A stretch of 63,880 bases of DNA, filler included, from Reticulomyxa filosa (taxonomy: Eukaryota; Protista; Foraminifera), in assembly GCA_000512085.1 (NCBI GenBank). It is 22 parts of 22 records of this genome, joined end to end, with 100 filler letters (N's around TTAATTAATTAA, not from the genome) between each part and the next. Parts side by side here need not be neighbours in the genome. Positions count along the whole stretch, not along the records: positions 26,292 to 32,976 come from ASPP01001589.1; positions 33,077 to 34,747 come from ASPP01002658.1; positions 34,848 to 36,028 come from ASPP01047803.1; positions 36,129 to 38,405 come from ASPP01009382.1; positions 38,506 to 39,974 come from ASPP01011145.1; 17 more parts are not named here. One strand, 5' to 3'. How positions within the stretch are numbered: the first letter of the stretch is position 1; each line of letters begins with the position of its first letter. The notes beneath the pieces were generated by a model. That model had not been told where the DNA came from, ran no database searches, and saw only the letters and a program-made list of their open reading frames with translations. Shown in pieces: positions 27,019 through 38,579 of the stretch. The position numbers and the translations under genes are program-made.

Positions 27019-28913
27019 TCAATTTTTTTTATCTTCCCAAAACCATGCGGGCTCTTCGTTGAAGTCCGGATGTAAAGCACGCAGAAATTCTTCATAATTA
27101 ATCGTGCCATCTTTATCTAAGTCAGCATCGTCAATGGTTTTAAGCATTTCGGAATAGTGTCCATATGGGTCGGTTTCTTTGAGTTTGGTCTTGAGTTGTT
27201 CGACACGGATGATGCCATCATCATCATCATCCAATTCTCGAAACGCCTGATACAATCGTTCGTCACTGGAGACCAGATAATCGTGAACAGCGGCATTGAG
27301 CAATTCATCGAAGCGTATTTCGCCAGTGGATTTGACGTCCAACTCCCCAAACATTTCTTTAATTCTCTGTTTGCTAATTTTCAAGTCTTTCATCTGGAGC
27401 ATACCCTCCTCAAATTCCTCATACGAAATGGTGCCATTGCCGTCTTTGTCCAGTCGCTTGAACGTCTGCTTGAGATTCTGAAAGTGTGCAGGCCTCATCT
27501 TTTCAAACTGCGAGCGGAACAGCTGAATGACGGCGATTTTGAAGTTGCAGTTGTTCGTAAATTTGGCAATTTCCGTGAACACTTCACGACTGACCACTTC
27601 GTCGTTTTCTTTCGAGTCATCTTTTTTGTCCCCCTTTTTTTTTTTTGATCAGACGAGGACGAGGACGAGGATGAAGATGAGGACGACGACGATCCATTGT
27701 TTTTGATCCAAGGATGTAGCAATGCTTCTTTTGCCGTCATGCGCTTGGCACGATCAGTTTCGATAAGACGACTCATAAAATCCTTGGCGTCCTCCGACAC
27801 GGGGAACTTTTGCGGAAAAAAGGGGCCATACCCTTTTTTAACCGTGGGGTCGAATCCTTTTTGGATCAGCGCATAAATGGCATCGGCCTCGGCCTTGCCA
27901 AAGTATTGGTTGGGGTTGACATAAAACGGGGGATATCCAAACAGCATTACAAAGCAAATGACACCAACCGACCACATGTCTGCCTCGTGCGCGTAATTAC
28001 CCTCAATGATCTCCGGCGCTGTATAATAAGGGGTCCCGCAAAGCTCTCGCAACGATCGCAAACGCGGAAGCACTTTGCTCATTCCAAAGTCGATGATTTT
28101 TACCTGACTGTCTTCCGACTTGTCCACAAACAAAATATTGTCCGGCTTCAAATCGCAATGCACCACGCGATGGTGGTCGTGCATATAAAACAATGCGTCT
28201 AATATCATACGCAACACTGGTGCTGCGTCCTCTTCTTTATACCGTTGGCGCGCTGTTATGCGGTCAAACAACTCGCCCCCGCGACACTCTTCCATCACTA
28301 TCCACAACGTGTGCTTGTCTTCGTACACACTGTCCAAATTCACTATGAATTTGTGGTTCAATCGCTTCATTATGTCGATCTCGCCTTGCATCGTCACCAA
28401 CAACGCTTGACGTCGTCGGGGGTCTTTGTCGATACGATAAAAGTTCGACTTTGATATTTGCTTCGCTGCAAACTCTTTCCCGCCCACTTTCTTTTTCACA
28501 CGAAACGCTTTCCCAAATTGCCTGGCTCACCAAGTTGCTGTCCTATCACAAAGTCTGCAACACAAAACAAATTCATCAACACATTCAACATACCACAAAC
28601 TGCTTTTTTTTTTTTTTATTTAAAAAAAAAAAAGTGTGGGAGGGGGAGAGAAAAAAAAAAAGGACAACACTTATACGTACAAAAGCACAAAACATATCCC
28701 CTTCACTCAAATTTTAACCTTCCTCAAATGGCTTCGTTGCTTCTGTTACCCACACAGTTTTCTATACCAATTGTTCAATAACCTGGTCACTTGTTGCGCT
28801 CAACAAAAAAAAATAGCACAAAAAAAAAAAGTTGAACAAGTTACAATTCTTGTCATTGCGGGCTTGGGCTTTGGTCTTCCCCCCATTGTTGGTCTTGACG
28901 GATTTTGAGTCAT
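27019..28913 (-). CDS. Calcium-dependent protein kinase (CAMK-type kinase plus four EF-hands), intron-containing, with apparent single-base frameshifts
   Basis: AAK, HCDLKPDN, DFG, GTPYYTAPE, DMWSVG; EF loops DKDGNGTISYEE, DVKSTGEIRFDE, DDDDDGIIRVEQ, DLDKDGTINYEE; 5' exons MTQNPSRP... and ETVWVTEATKPFEE. Confidence 0.92.
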
Positions 28914-29339
28914 TGAAAATGATAAGATATATGTATCTCTCACAATCTCTTTTTGACGACAAATACAGAGAAATTTTCGAAATTTTCTCGGAAACTAAAA
29001 AAGCTGGACTGTGTTTAACCCTAAATTTTAATAAACCGCTTGGAAACAGATTTACTTTGTTATCAAACTTTACTTTTTTGTGATGCTTTTACGCGTTTCA
29101 ATAAGGTTCATGGACATACTTTAGAATATAAAGTGGATCGAGAAATCAATTTTAAAAACTGGAAAGAAGGAGACGAATTACAAGAGATATGTCCTCATTT
29201 TTACGAAGTCCAAATAAATAGTAGTAACTTCTTGATAACATACAGTAAACTTTATGTAAACTATTCTGATGTTAAGGAGTTGGCTATATTTATAGCACAT
29301 TTTTTTTCATTTACCTTTGCAGACAGTGCTCATAAAGAT

Positions 29340-30145
29340 ATGGCGACGTTATTATCATCTTCATCATCCATAACTGCAAACAAGACAAGTGGTTGTTTTC
29401 GCTCACTTTATTTCCAAAGCTGTCGTTTATTCGGACGTAAAGCAAGTGCCAAAACGGACCAAAACCAATACAACTACACAAAGCCAAGCGTTCCTTGTAT
29501 CGATGTGCATACACATATGTATTTACCACGATATATGGATTTGTTACGATCTCGGTCCTCTGTCCCAAAAATCATAGTGAATGCAAAAAACGGCGAAGAT
29601 CGCCTAGTGATTTTGCCGAATGAAGATGAGAACAAACAAACTAGCGTAGGTAGGCCCGTTGGTGGACAGTACTTTGATATCCATCGCAAGCTGGCGTTCA
29701 TGGACACTCACAACATCGAGACGTCGGTCATTTCATTGGCAAACCCGTGGTTAGACTTTTTGGGCGTAGAAAATGAGGACATGTGCATCCAATACGCACG
29801 TCTATTGAATGAAGACTTTGAAACCCTTAGCACAAAGCACCCAAACCGAGTTTACGGATTGGGCGTATTGCCGACACAACTCAGTACTGTCAGTCGTACC
29901 GTCGATGCCTGCTGTGCAGAGATCGATTACATCGGGTCCCATTTGCCACACGTTCGCGGAATTATTTTGGGTTTAGTGGGATAGAAAGGGATAAAAACTA
30001 GTTGTTATAATTGAATCGAAAGGAGGGAGAAACAAATCACTAATAACAACAATAACAAAAAAAAAGGGGTTGTAACCTCGAAATAACGTTTTACACTTTT
30101 TTTTTTTTTTTGTTGGTTTGAAAAGTGACAATAATAATAACAATG

Positions 30146-30178
<33 letters not shown>

Positions 30179-30829
30179 GGAACTCATGGCATTGGAAAAG
30201 GATTGGATGACAAAAATATGCTGGCATTGTACCAAAGTTTGGAACGCAATGACTTGCTATTGTTCATTCATCCTCATTATGGAGCTGGAAATGAATTTTA
30301 CACTGGCTATGGACATGCGCTATATTTGGCCTTAGGCTTCACGTTCGAGACGACCATTGCCATCAGTCGGCTCATCCTCTCTGGGCTGTTGGACAGTTGT
30401 CCCAATTTGAAGCTGCTACTTGCGCATGCCGGAGGGACCTTGCCGTATTTGATCGGTCGATTGAATAGTTGCGCTCTTCATGATCACGAGTTGGACCATT
30501 TGCAATTGCAAAATGACAATGCTGACAATCTCTTGATTCAAAAGTATTTGAAACGATTCTACTTCGATGGAATTACTTATAATGAACTCACACTGAAGTG
30601 CTTGCAAGATATGGTCGGAGATCGCATTCTCTTTGGAACCGATCACCCCTTTTTCCCACCTTATTATTTGTCGCACACTAACAAAGAAATAGATACCACT
30701 CCATGGCCTTCCACTACCACCAATCAATTAGCTGTGAAGAAGGCATTTGAAGGAAATGAAACTGAAAAAAAAATCTTAAGAAATAATGCTATTCATTGCC
30801 TTGGGTTAGATAAGAAAATTTATGGGTAA
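29340..30829 (+). CDS. Uracil-5-carboxylate (isoorotate) decarboxylase-like amidohydrolase-2 protein; exons 29340-29970 and 30180-30829, 426 aa
   Basis: DVHTHMY, GRP, FMD..NIETSVISLANPWLDFL, RGIILG|THGIGKGLDD, FIHPHYG, YGHALYLALGF.FETTIA, LLAHAGGTLPYLIGRLNSC and FGTDHPFFPP; the GT-AG intron 29971-30179 restores the frame. Confidence 0.85.
30130..30179 (+). repeat. (AAT)n microsatellite abutting the 3' splice site
   Basis: Direct reading: ...aataataataatAG. Confidence 0.9.
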
Positions 30830-33104
30830 ATATCCTTTGACTTATTATGCTTTTTTTTTAAGTAAAGAGATAAAATTGCGAATTTTTGTACAATAATTTT
30901 GGATTTTGTCACTTATTCTTTTGATGCGAGCAGAATTATCGATTTTTTTATGAGACAATCAAATTTAGAGGCCATCCGTTCATAAGTGAGCATAATATCT
31001 TTACATTATCACCAGCAAGAAAACACTTCATTGTAACATGAAATTTCTCACAAATTTGTTCTTCTCGCCGGTAAATATTTTTTTAGTTTCTTGTTTGGAA
31101 GTTTACACTGCTAAGAAAAACAAAACTATAATTCCATGAAAAATATTCAGCCAAAAAGACTCTCAAAAAAGGGTGTGGTTCCATTTTTTAAAATTTTTTT
31201 TTCTTTAATCTTTTTGTTATTCTTGTTTTTGGAACAAATAACACAATCAAAGTTATTAACACTGAAGTAAGAATTAGCAGTCGATGTGCTTGTGAAATAA
31301 GTTTGTGATCAAGATATTTACGTTACAAAGAACAAATAAATTATTTATTTACTTTACTTCAATATACTTAAAAATATATTTTTTTGTATTCTTGCGATTG
31401 CAGATTGTTTGTTAGTCAGTAATGTTCGATGATAAAACTTACAAAGTTACATGATATTAAAATTTCAAAGAAAAAAAACAATGTTTTCAATAATCGATGC
31501 AATACATACTATTTGCTTGGATAAATGAATAGACAGATTTTAACAATTTTTGTTTTCAAATCACAGATCAAAATAATAACAATTAGCACGCTTGCAATAG
31601 ATGATAATTTAAAGATTATTGCAAAAAGCGCAATATTTATATTTTCCGCTTATTTCCAAATTAGCAAAAGCACATCTTCGTTGACAATGTTCCGAAATTT
31701 ACTACGTATGCAATATGTACATTATTGCTTAGAGTAATCCTTTGGTGGCATGAATAAATTCAATAAAACGCTTCATAAAATAAAAAAGATCCACAATGAA
31801 TGAAGAAAAAACTTTGCTAATACTTTTTTAAAGTGAGTATATTTTTTTTTGGACTTGACAATATTCTCTCTTTTCTTCTCAACGTGGACAAAAGCCAAAT
31901 AACCGAAGTAATTGATCCAAAAACAAATATTCCAAAGAAAACAACATGAAACAAGACTTATGCTCAAAAATGGTGTGGTTCTATTTTTTTATCTTTTATC
32001 AATCCGTTTTTCTTGCAAATTTCTTCAAATTTATTTGTAGTGAAGTAATAATGAGATATCAAGTGTTTGAAATATAAGTTAGTTGTTCCATTCGACAACA
32101 GATACACTGTTAAGTTGTTTGTTAATGTGCTTGTTTATGGCAAATCGTTTGTTATGCGCTGTCTGTCCTGTAGTGCTCCAGAAGCAAACAAAAAAGTTTC
32201 TGCAACAGATAATGTAAGCTAAAAGACTCACGAGCAACATTACGACAACAAAAACTTTCTACACACTGACGATCATGTGGTAAGTATTTTACTGCTGAAT
32301 CAGAAAATGACATACAAGATTTTGTGTCGTTAAAAAAATCATTTATGTTTTAAGAAAAGCTACATTTTACCATCATATTTCTAATCCAAACAAAAGAGAA
32401 CAGTTTCACTGATCATACATTTAATTTCCAAATGTTTTACAAAATCAAAAAGGGACAAAACGAACGAAAGAAAAAAACGCTAACCAAAAAGTGTACTTTT
32501 TTAAAACTTGTCCCCTTTCTTTCAAAAACTCTAAATCAAACTGAGCAAAAAATGAAATGTGTTTTTTAATTGTATTAATAATTTTCTGATACTTGTCGTC
32601 AATACATAAACAAATATTTCAGTGTTGTTTTTTCATTACATTCATAAAAAAGAAATCATTAATATAATAACACAACATTGCAAAACTACACAAAAAAAAG
32701 ACAAACTATATCATATACATAAATATAATTGACAAAATTATTGGATCAAAAAGTTTGTCAAAAAAGGGTTAGTTCCATTTTTTTTATTTTTTTATCTGTC
32801 ATGTTTTTACTACTCTTTTGTGTCTTTTAAGTAGGTAATATATTGTGACATGTTAATAAGAATTAAGGACTAATTGTTCTTCTTGGCTACTTTTTTCTTT
32901 TTTTTATTGACTTTGTTAACAAATAAAATTTATTTGAATTGCAAAGTTTTTATTCAATTTGCGTAATTTTTTTTGANNNNNNNNNNNNNNNNNNNNNNNN
33001 NNNNNNNNNNNNNNNNNNNNTTAATTAATTAANNNNNNNNNNNNNNNNNNNNNNNNNNNNNNNNNNNNNNNNNNNNGCAATTTAATTATTTATCATAAAA
33101 GATT

Positions 33105-33230
33105 TTTCAGTCTATTTTTGTTTTGATTTTAAAAGTGCAGCTTAATTGATATATTCTATGTTTCAAATACTTTTCTCAAATCAATGTAGCATCATGAAAA
33201 TGACTACATAAATATTGAAAATATTTGTTG
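33105..33230 (+). repeat. Dispersed repeat; copy of 6770-6895
   Basis: Direct sequence comparison. Confidence 0.85.
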
Positions 33231-34847
33231 AATTCATGAACAACCTTCAAACAAAAACTTTTATGCATAATGCATTGACAGATCGCAAAAAAAAAAATCT
33301 TTTATGGTATTAGTACAATTTAAATCATACAAGTTATTGTTTTACTTTTAAATATTTGCAATGATCATGTTGTTTTTATTTCAAGTATGAAAACTTTTTT
33401 CGGAGTTGCAAGGTTTTTTTATGTTTAAATTCTGTTCACATGGAACACTCCAAATTCTAGCGAATTAATAACGTTTGCAAATAAAGTTATTGTGTGTGAA
33501 CAGAGTAATTTATTTCTAAGTATATATTGCCGCTTTTAGTGAGATTACTCTAAGGTGGATAATAAATGGTTTTAAAACTGTTATGTACTCTGCATTTCCA
33601 AAAATGCCCCTTTTATTTATTGTTTTTGATTTTATGGTTCATTTATAAATGTACTATTCTTAAATACACAAACATAAAGAAAATATCAAATTAAAGTCTA
33701 TATTTGCGAACAGGGTTTTTGATTGGTTGATGCAAAACTTATTATTTATGCTTTCCGGATTGAGCAATAAAGAAGTTATAAACAAATTTAAAAATTGTTT
33801 TGATAATTCTTAATAACAAGGTTTTACGCTGTAGATCCATTTCAAATATCAACCAGGACAAATAAATAAGCAAAGTTGTCCAATAATTTAACCAATTTAT
33901 AAAAATAGAGTTTTCGTGTTATCCTTTTTTAATAAAGAAAAGAGACAGAAACAGGTCTCTAACCGAAATTTACTCCAAAGAGTAGCAGGCTCCGGAAAGT
34001 CGTGTCAAACAAAAAAAAATTAGTAAACAAAAATTCCAACTCGAATTGTAGATAGAAAATACATAAATATTCTCTTGTGTTTTTTATATTTTTTTTAGAG
34101 AAAATTAATAGTGAATCACTATCAACTGAATCCATTTGCATTGGTCATACTAACAAAATGTGTATTTGTTATTTGTAGCGTATGAATAATTATATTGAAA
34201 AGAATACTTTTAGTGTCGTTTACAAAGCATATGGTTCGGAAACGACACAACCTGTTACCGTCAAAGCAATTCCAACTAATAACATGAGACAGATTAAAAA
34301 TAAATAAATAAATAATAAATGTATCACCAGCAAGAGAGCCTGGATTAATTCTACACAAGATCCATTGCACAACTATCTGCTGATTCAATCGAGTACTTCA
34401 AAGGGAAGATACAAAATCTGGCCATCAATAATAACAATTGCTTTTTTAGTTTTTTATAGTGCAAAAGTAAAATACAAAACATAAAATATAAAAGTATTAC
34501 AAATATTCATCAGTCAACAAAATACCATATCAAACTACAATACAACATCTTTTTGAACGGTTCAGTTTTGTACTGTCATGGCAATTTCACCAGATGGCCA
34601 CAGATCAATTAGATGTAGCAGCAGCTAAAAGCGCGGGGACGGGGGACCAAGATACGACTCTAGCAATTGATTCAGCATCCAACGCTTGTGGATCTTTGGA
34701 GACTCGAGGTCATATAGCAGCGGGAGTATCGCAAGTTGCAACACGTTNNNNNNNNNNNNNNNNNNNNNNNNNNNNNNNNNNNNNNNNNNNNTTAATTAAT
34801 TAANNNNNNNNNNNNNNNNNNNNNNNNNNNNNNNNNNNNNNNNNNNN

Positions 34848-35474
34848 TTGAAAATGATGGAAACATTAGATGAAAATGAAATTGAAAAATTGTCATTCTA
34901 TCATCAAAAAATATTGGATATTTTTGAAAATGGGTTATATCCTGATATCAAATGTAATCCTACTTCTATTTTATTGGATGATATTGAAACTTTATTACGG
35001 TCATATGTGTTATTGAATAAGAAATCATGGATGAAATCAGTGAAAGATGTGGAGAGAATATTATTTTATGAACCTAATTATATTCATTCATTAAGCTATT
35101 GGCACCAAGATATTTTAAATAAAAAAAAAATATTATTAGGCTTTAATTACTTCTCAACCACTTCAACATGTTTTATGTTGCGTTATTTGATGACATTTCA
35201 AAGACAAGAATTGAAGAGAAGGTCCAAAAATGGTCCAATTAGAATATTATGTGGAAAATCTCAATTTTCAAATAAGACAAGATTAAGTGGATGGAATGAA
35301 GATTATGAATCTCCAAAAAAAAAGAGTATTGAAAATGAATTAAACAAATGGAAGATACAAATACGATTAGAACAAGACAAAGAAAGTCCAGCTGTGTGGT
35401 ATTTGAATGAAGAAGATGTTGAATTATTTTTTAAAACAGTACATCCAGGTGAAGATTGTTTGAAGGTGAAGTGA
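34848..35474 (+). CDS. C-terminal fragment of a helical-repeat plus SMR-like domain protein (PPR-SMR-like), paralog 1
   Basis: Open from the contig start; LGFNYFS...LRYL...IRILCGKSQFS...SIENEL...SPAVWYL; collinear with 40075-40827. Confidence 0.6.
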   Translation: MKMMETLDENEIEKLSFYHQKILDIFENGLYPDIKCNPTSILLDDIETLLRSYVLLNKKSWMKSVKDVERILFYEPNYIHSLSYWHQDILNKKKILLGFNYFSTTSTCFMLRYLMTFQRQELKRRSKNGPIRILCGKSQFSNKTRLSGWNEDYESPKKKSIENELNKWKIQIRLEQDKESPAVWYLNEEDVELFFKTVHPGEDCLKVK

Positions 35475-35833
35475 AAATGTATTGAATGTGAGGATATTAG
35501 GAAAAGACTGAATTGTCATTGATTTATTTTTATTGAGTAAAACAAGTACTAGTTTTCACTCGTTTTATTAACTTTTTTTTTTTGAAGAATTAAATAATTC
35601 AAATGTATATTACAATGGAAATAGCAAATTAATGATTAAAAATTTTTTGTTGAAAAGAGGCAGTAAGATGATGAATGATTTTATTTTTTTTTATTGTTCA
35701 TATATGCAAAAGTGATCTAATTTAATCAATGAAAAACATTGAATTTAATAATTATGATCATCCATTTTTTAAAAAATTTGTTTATTGAAACAAAAACACA
35801 AAAATGATTTCATTCTATATTGGAAATTTTAAA

Positions 35834-36028
35834 TTATCCCCAAATATGAATATTACCTTTTCTTGAACCATAACACAAATTGAAACCACAATCACTATCC
35901 TTTTCATTTTCTTTCTTTTTCGATGATATAAATTTCAGACACAATATTGCACCATCATCTACATTAATTACATGTAATCCTTTCTTTGATCGAATATCCC
36001 AAAAACGAATTGTTTTATCATATGATCC
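35834..36028 (-). CDS. C-terminal end of a WD40-repeat protein (5'-truncated)
   Basis: GSYDKTIRFWDIRSKKGLHVINVDDGAILCLKF...NLCYGSRKGNIHIWG*; not in the ORF track. Confidence 0.8.
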   Translation of the reverse strand, partial: GSYDKTIRFWDIRSKKGLHVINVDDGAILCLKFISSKKKENEKDSDCGFNLCYGSRKGNIHIWG

Positions 36029-36264
36029 NNNNNNNNNNNNNNNNNNNNNNNNNNNNNNNNNNNNNNNNNNNNTTAATTAATTAANNNNNNNNNNNNNNNN
36101 NNNNNNNNNNNNNNNNNNNNNNNNNNNNAAAAAAAAAAAAAAGATACGGAGATATCACCCCACGGACAACGACGGGCCAATGGGTGAACTGCGCGTTTAT
36201 AGTAACGAATGTGTTTGTACTGTCATTCTTTTTTTCGTTGACATTTAAATACTTGTACGGGATT

Positions 36265-37526
36265 CAAGACGGTTTGCTGTCGAGACACCCCTCACTATTC
36301 ACCGACCCCAAGAGTTCGTTATGGGCAGGCAAGCTCCGTACAGTGTCAGAGGCATTGAAGCAATTACCATCGATGGAAAACGCGCCAGAGGACCTGCAAA
36401 AGCAGCAGCAACAACAACAAGAAAAAGAAAAAGAAAAAGAAAAAGAAGAAGGCAATGGGTGCACTGGCAAGAAGGAAATGACCGCGGGGACTATCAACCT
36501 CCCTGGGAAACAAGCCAATGCGCCTTTTACGGAATGGAAGCAAGTGAGCTTGGCGGTGATTGGCACGCCGGAGACGTCGCCGCCACCAGACGTCAACAAC
36601 AGTGGCGACTGGGTGAGGCCGGGCCACGAAGGGGTCACTCATCTGCAAAGTCCGAAGAGACAAGAGGAGGAGCACGTCGAGGACGAAAAGGAGTCGCTCG
36701 TGCAAAAGCAGAAACAAAAGTCCGAACATGCGGATCACTCGCCTTCGGCCAGTCGAGAACGGGGATATCACTTGATTGTGACGAGCGACCCTCACGAAAG
36801 CAGTGACGAAGGATTGAACCATTTGGGCGATGCCAATGACAGCGTGAATCTTTTGCCTCGTAAGCAAAGCAAAAGCAATAGAAACGATAGCAAGCCCAAA
36901 GGCACTTTGCTGGACTCGGACGACCCAATGCCAAAGGTGGCAGCCATTCACACTAAAGCCCAAAGCGCAGGTCAATTAGCCCCGACCACGTCCGAAGGCT
37001 TGGTCAAACCTCCTTTGGACATTCTGGGCGTCCCTTCCAAGCTTTCTCCTCGTCACACTGATGATGCTCCCGAAACCACTCTGACGCCGACTCCGACATC
37101 GACGCGCTTGGAAGGGGGGCTGAAAACGGGCGCCGCCAGCCACAATAACATGCCCAAGGCCAATTTTGACAATATTCGGTCGCTCAAAAAAGAAGACGAA
37201 GCCATTGAGCAAATGCAGTTCATACGCAGCTTGAAAATCAATTGCATGATTTTGATTGGCTTCATTTTAAGCGGTATGCTATTCTATGGCTATTTGTGCA
37301 CTTATGAAATTCATGCTCAACGACATAATCCCGCCATTTTCGGAGGCTTTTCTTTGACCGACGCATTTCGATGGAGTATTGTCACCTTGTCCACTATTGG
37401 ATATGGTGATATGGCCCCTGTTACTACGGGTTTGTATCTTTCTATACTTAACGTGCACAAGGGGAACAATTTCACGTATACGTATGTGCTTATGCGTACA
37501 TGTACATGCATGCATACATGTATGCA

Positions 37527-37557
<31 letters not shown>

Positions 37558-38002
37558 ATACAATTTGAAAGGTGGGAGGGTATTCGCCGGATTTTATATG
37601 TTGTTTGGTATATCATTGTTAACCCGTTTTGTTGGCATGGGATTCGATCGTGCACAAAGCGATTATGAAGCCAAAATGCGTGCAATCAAATTAGAACGAA
37701 AATTGGCGAGTGTTGATGAAATTACCGAGTTTGACGAAGATGGGTCTGGGGACATCGATAAATATGAGTTCTTGAAGACCATGCTAATCAATCTTGGGGA
37801 TGTCGAGAAATCCACAATTGATAGGATCATGAAACGATTTGATGAAATCGATAAAGACGGCTCTGGCCTTATTGATACCAATGACTTTCGCGAGTACGTA
37901 CAAAACAAAAATCAAGAATTAAGTGAGCGCCAAGTGGTTCCATATGAAAAAAATGCCACTTTTCGAAAAGCGGCACCGCAAAAAGAAGAAGTCAATGTTT
38001 GA
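36265..38002 (+). CDS. K+ channel with two C-terminal EF-hands (TPK/KCO-like), 5'-truncated; intron 37430-37571
   Basis: TM, pore TDAFRWSIVTLSTIGYGDMAP, TM GGRVFAGFYMLFGISLL; EF loops DEDGSGDIDKYEF and DKDGSGLIDTNDF. Confidence 0.85.
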
Positions 38003-38579
38003 GTACAATAACTTTTTTCTTTCTTTTACTTTTTTTTATTTTTTATACTTTTTTTTTTTTTGCACTGTTTTTAGAGGTTTGGGAGCGTTTAGAAATTAAT
38101 AGAACTTTTGAAAAATGATTCTTGTTGTGCAGCAAAAAAGGGAAAATGAATGTAATGTGTCTAAATAAACGAAAATACTCTTGTGAAGAAATATTATTTT
38201 GTGGTGTTGAAGTAACTTTATCAATCGTCAATTGACAACGTATTTTCATATCTGTTTATCACTTGAAAGTCATTGTTTTTTGAAGAAAAAACTTTGCAAC
38301 ATATAGCTGCATTGTTCCAAGATTGTCAATAACAATTGTTGCCAATGTTAAATACAAGAAAATAAGATAGTGCAAATGCACCGGCAATGACAAAAGTCCT
38401 GACACNNNNNNNNNNNNNNNNNNNNNNNNNNNNNNNNNNNNNNNNNNNNTTAATTAATTAANNNNNNNNNNNNNNNNNNNNNNNNNNNNNNNNNNNNNNN
38501 NNNNNTCTCCCCTCCTTTTTTTTTTTTTTTTTTTTTTAGTGTGTACACAAAATGATTGAAGGAACGTCGCTAATTAAAT

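Noticed and set aside
21275-27650. Frameshifts in the Kelch and CDPK genes as recoding sites
   Set aside because: Those at about 21290 and 27640 coincide with long poly-A/T homopolymers typical of pyrosequencing error
29040-29339. 100-aa N-terminal extension of the amidohydrolase in the ORF track
   Set aside because: Begins at a non-ATG codon in AT-rich intergenic sequence; the first ATG is at 29340
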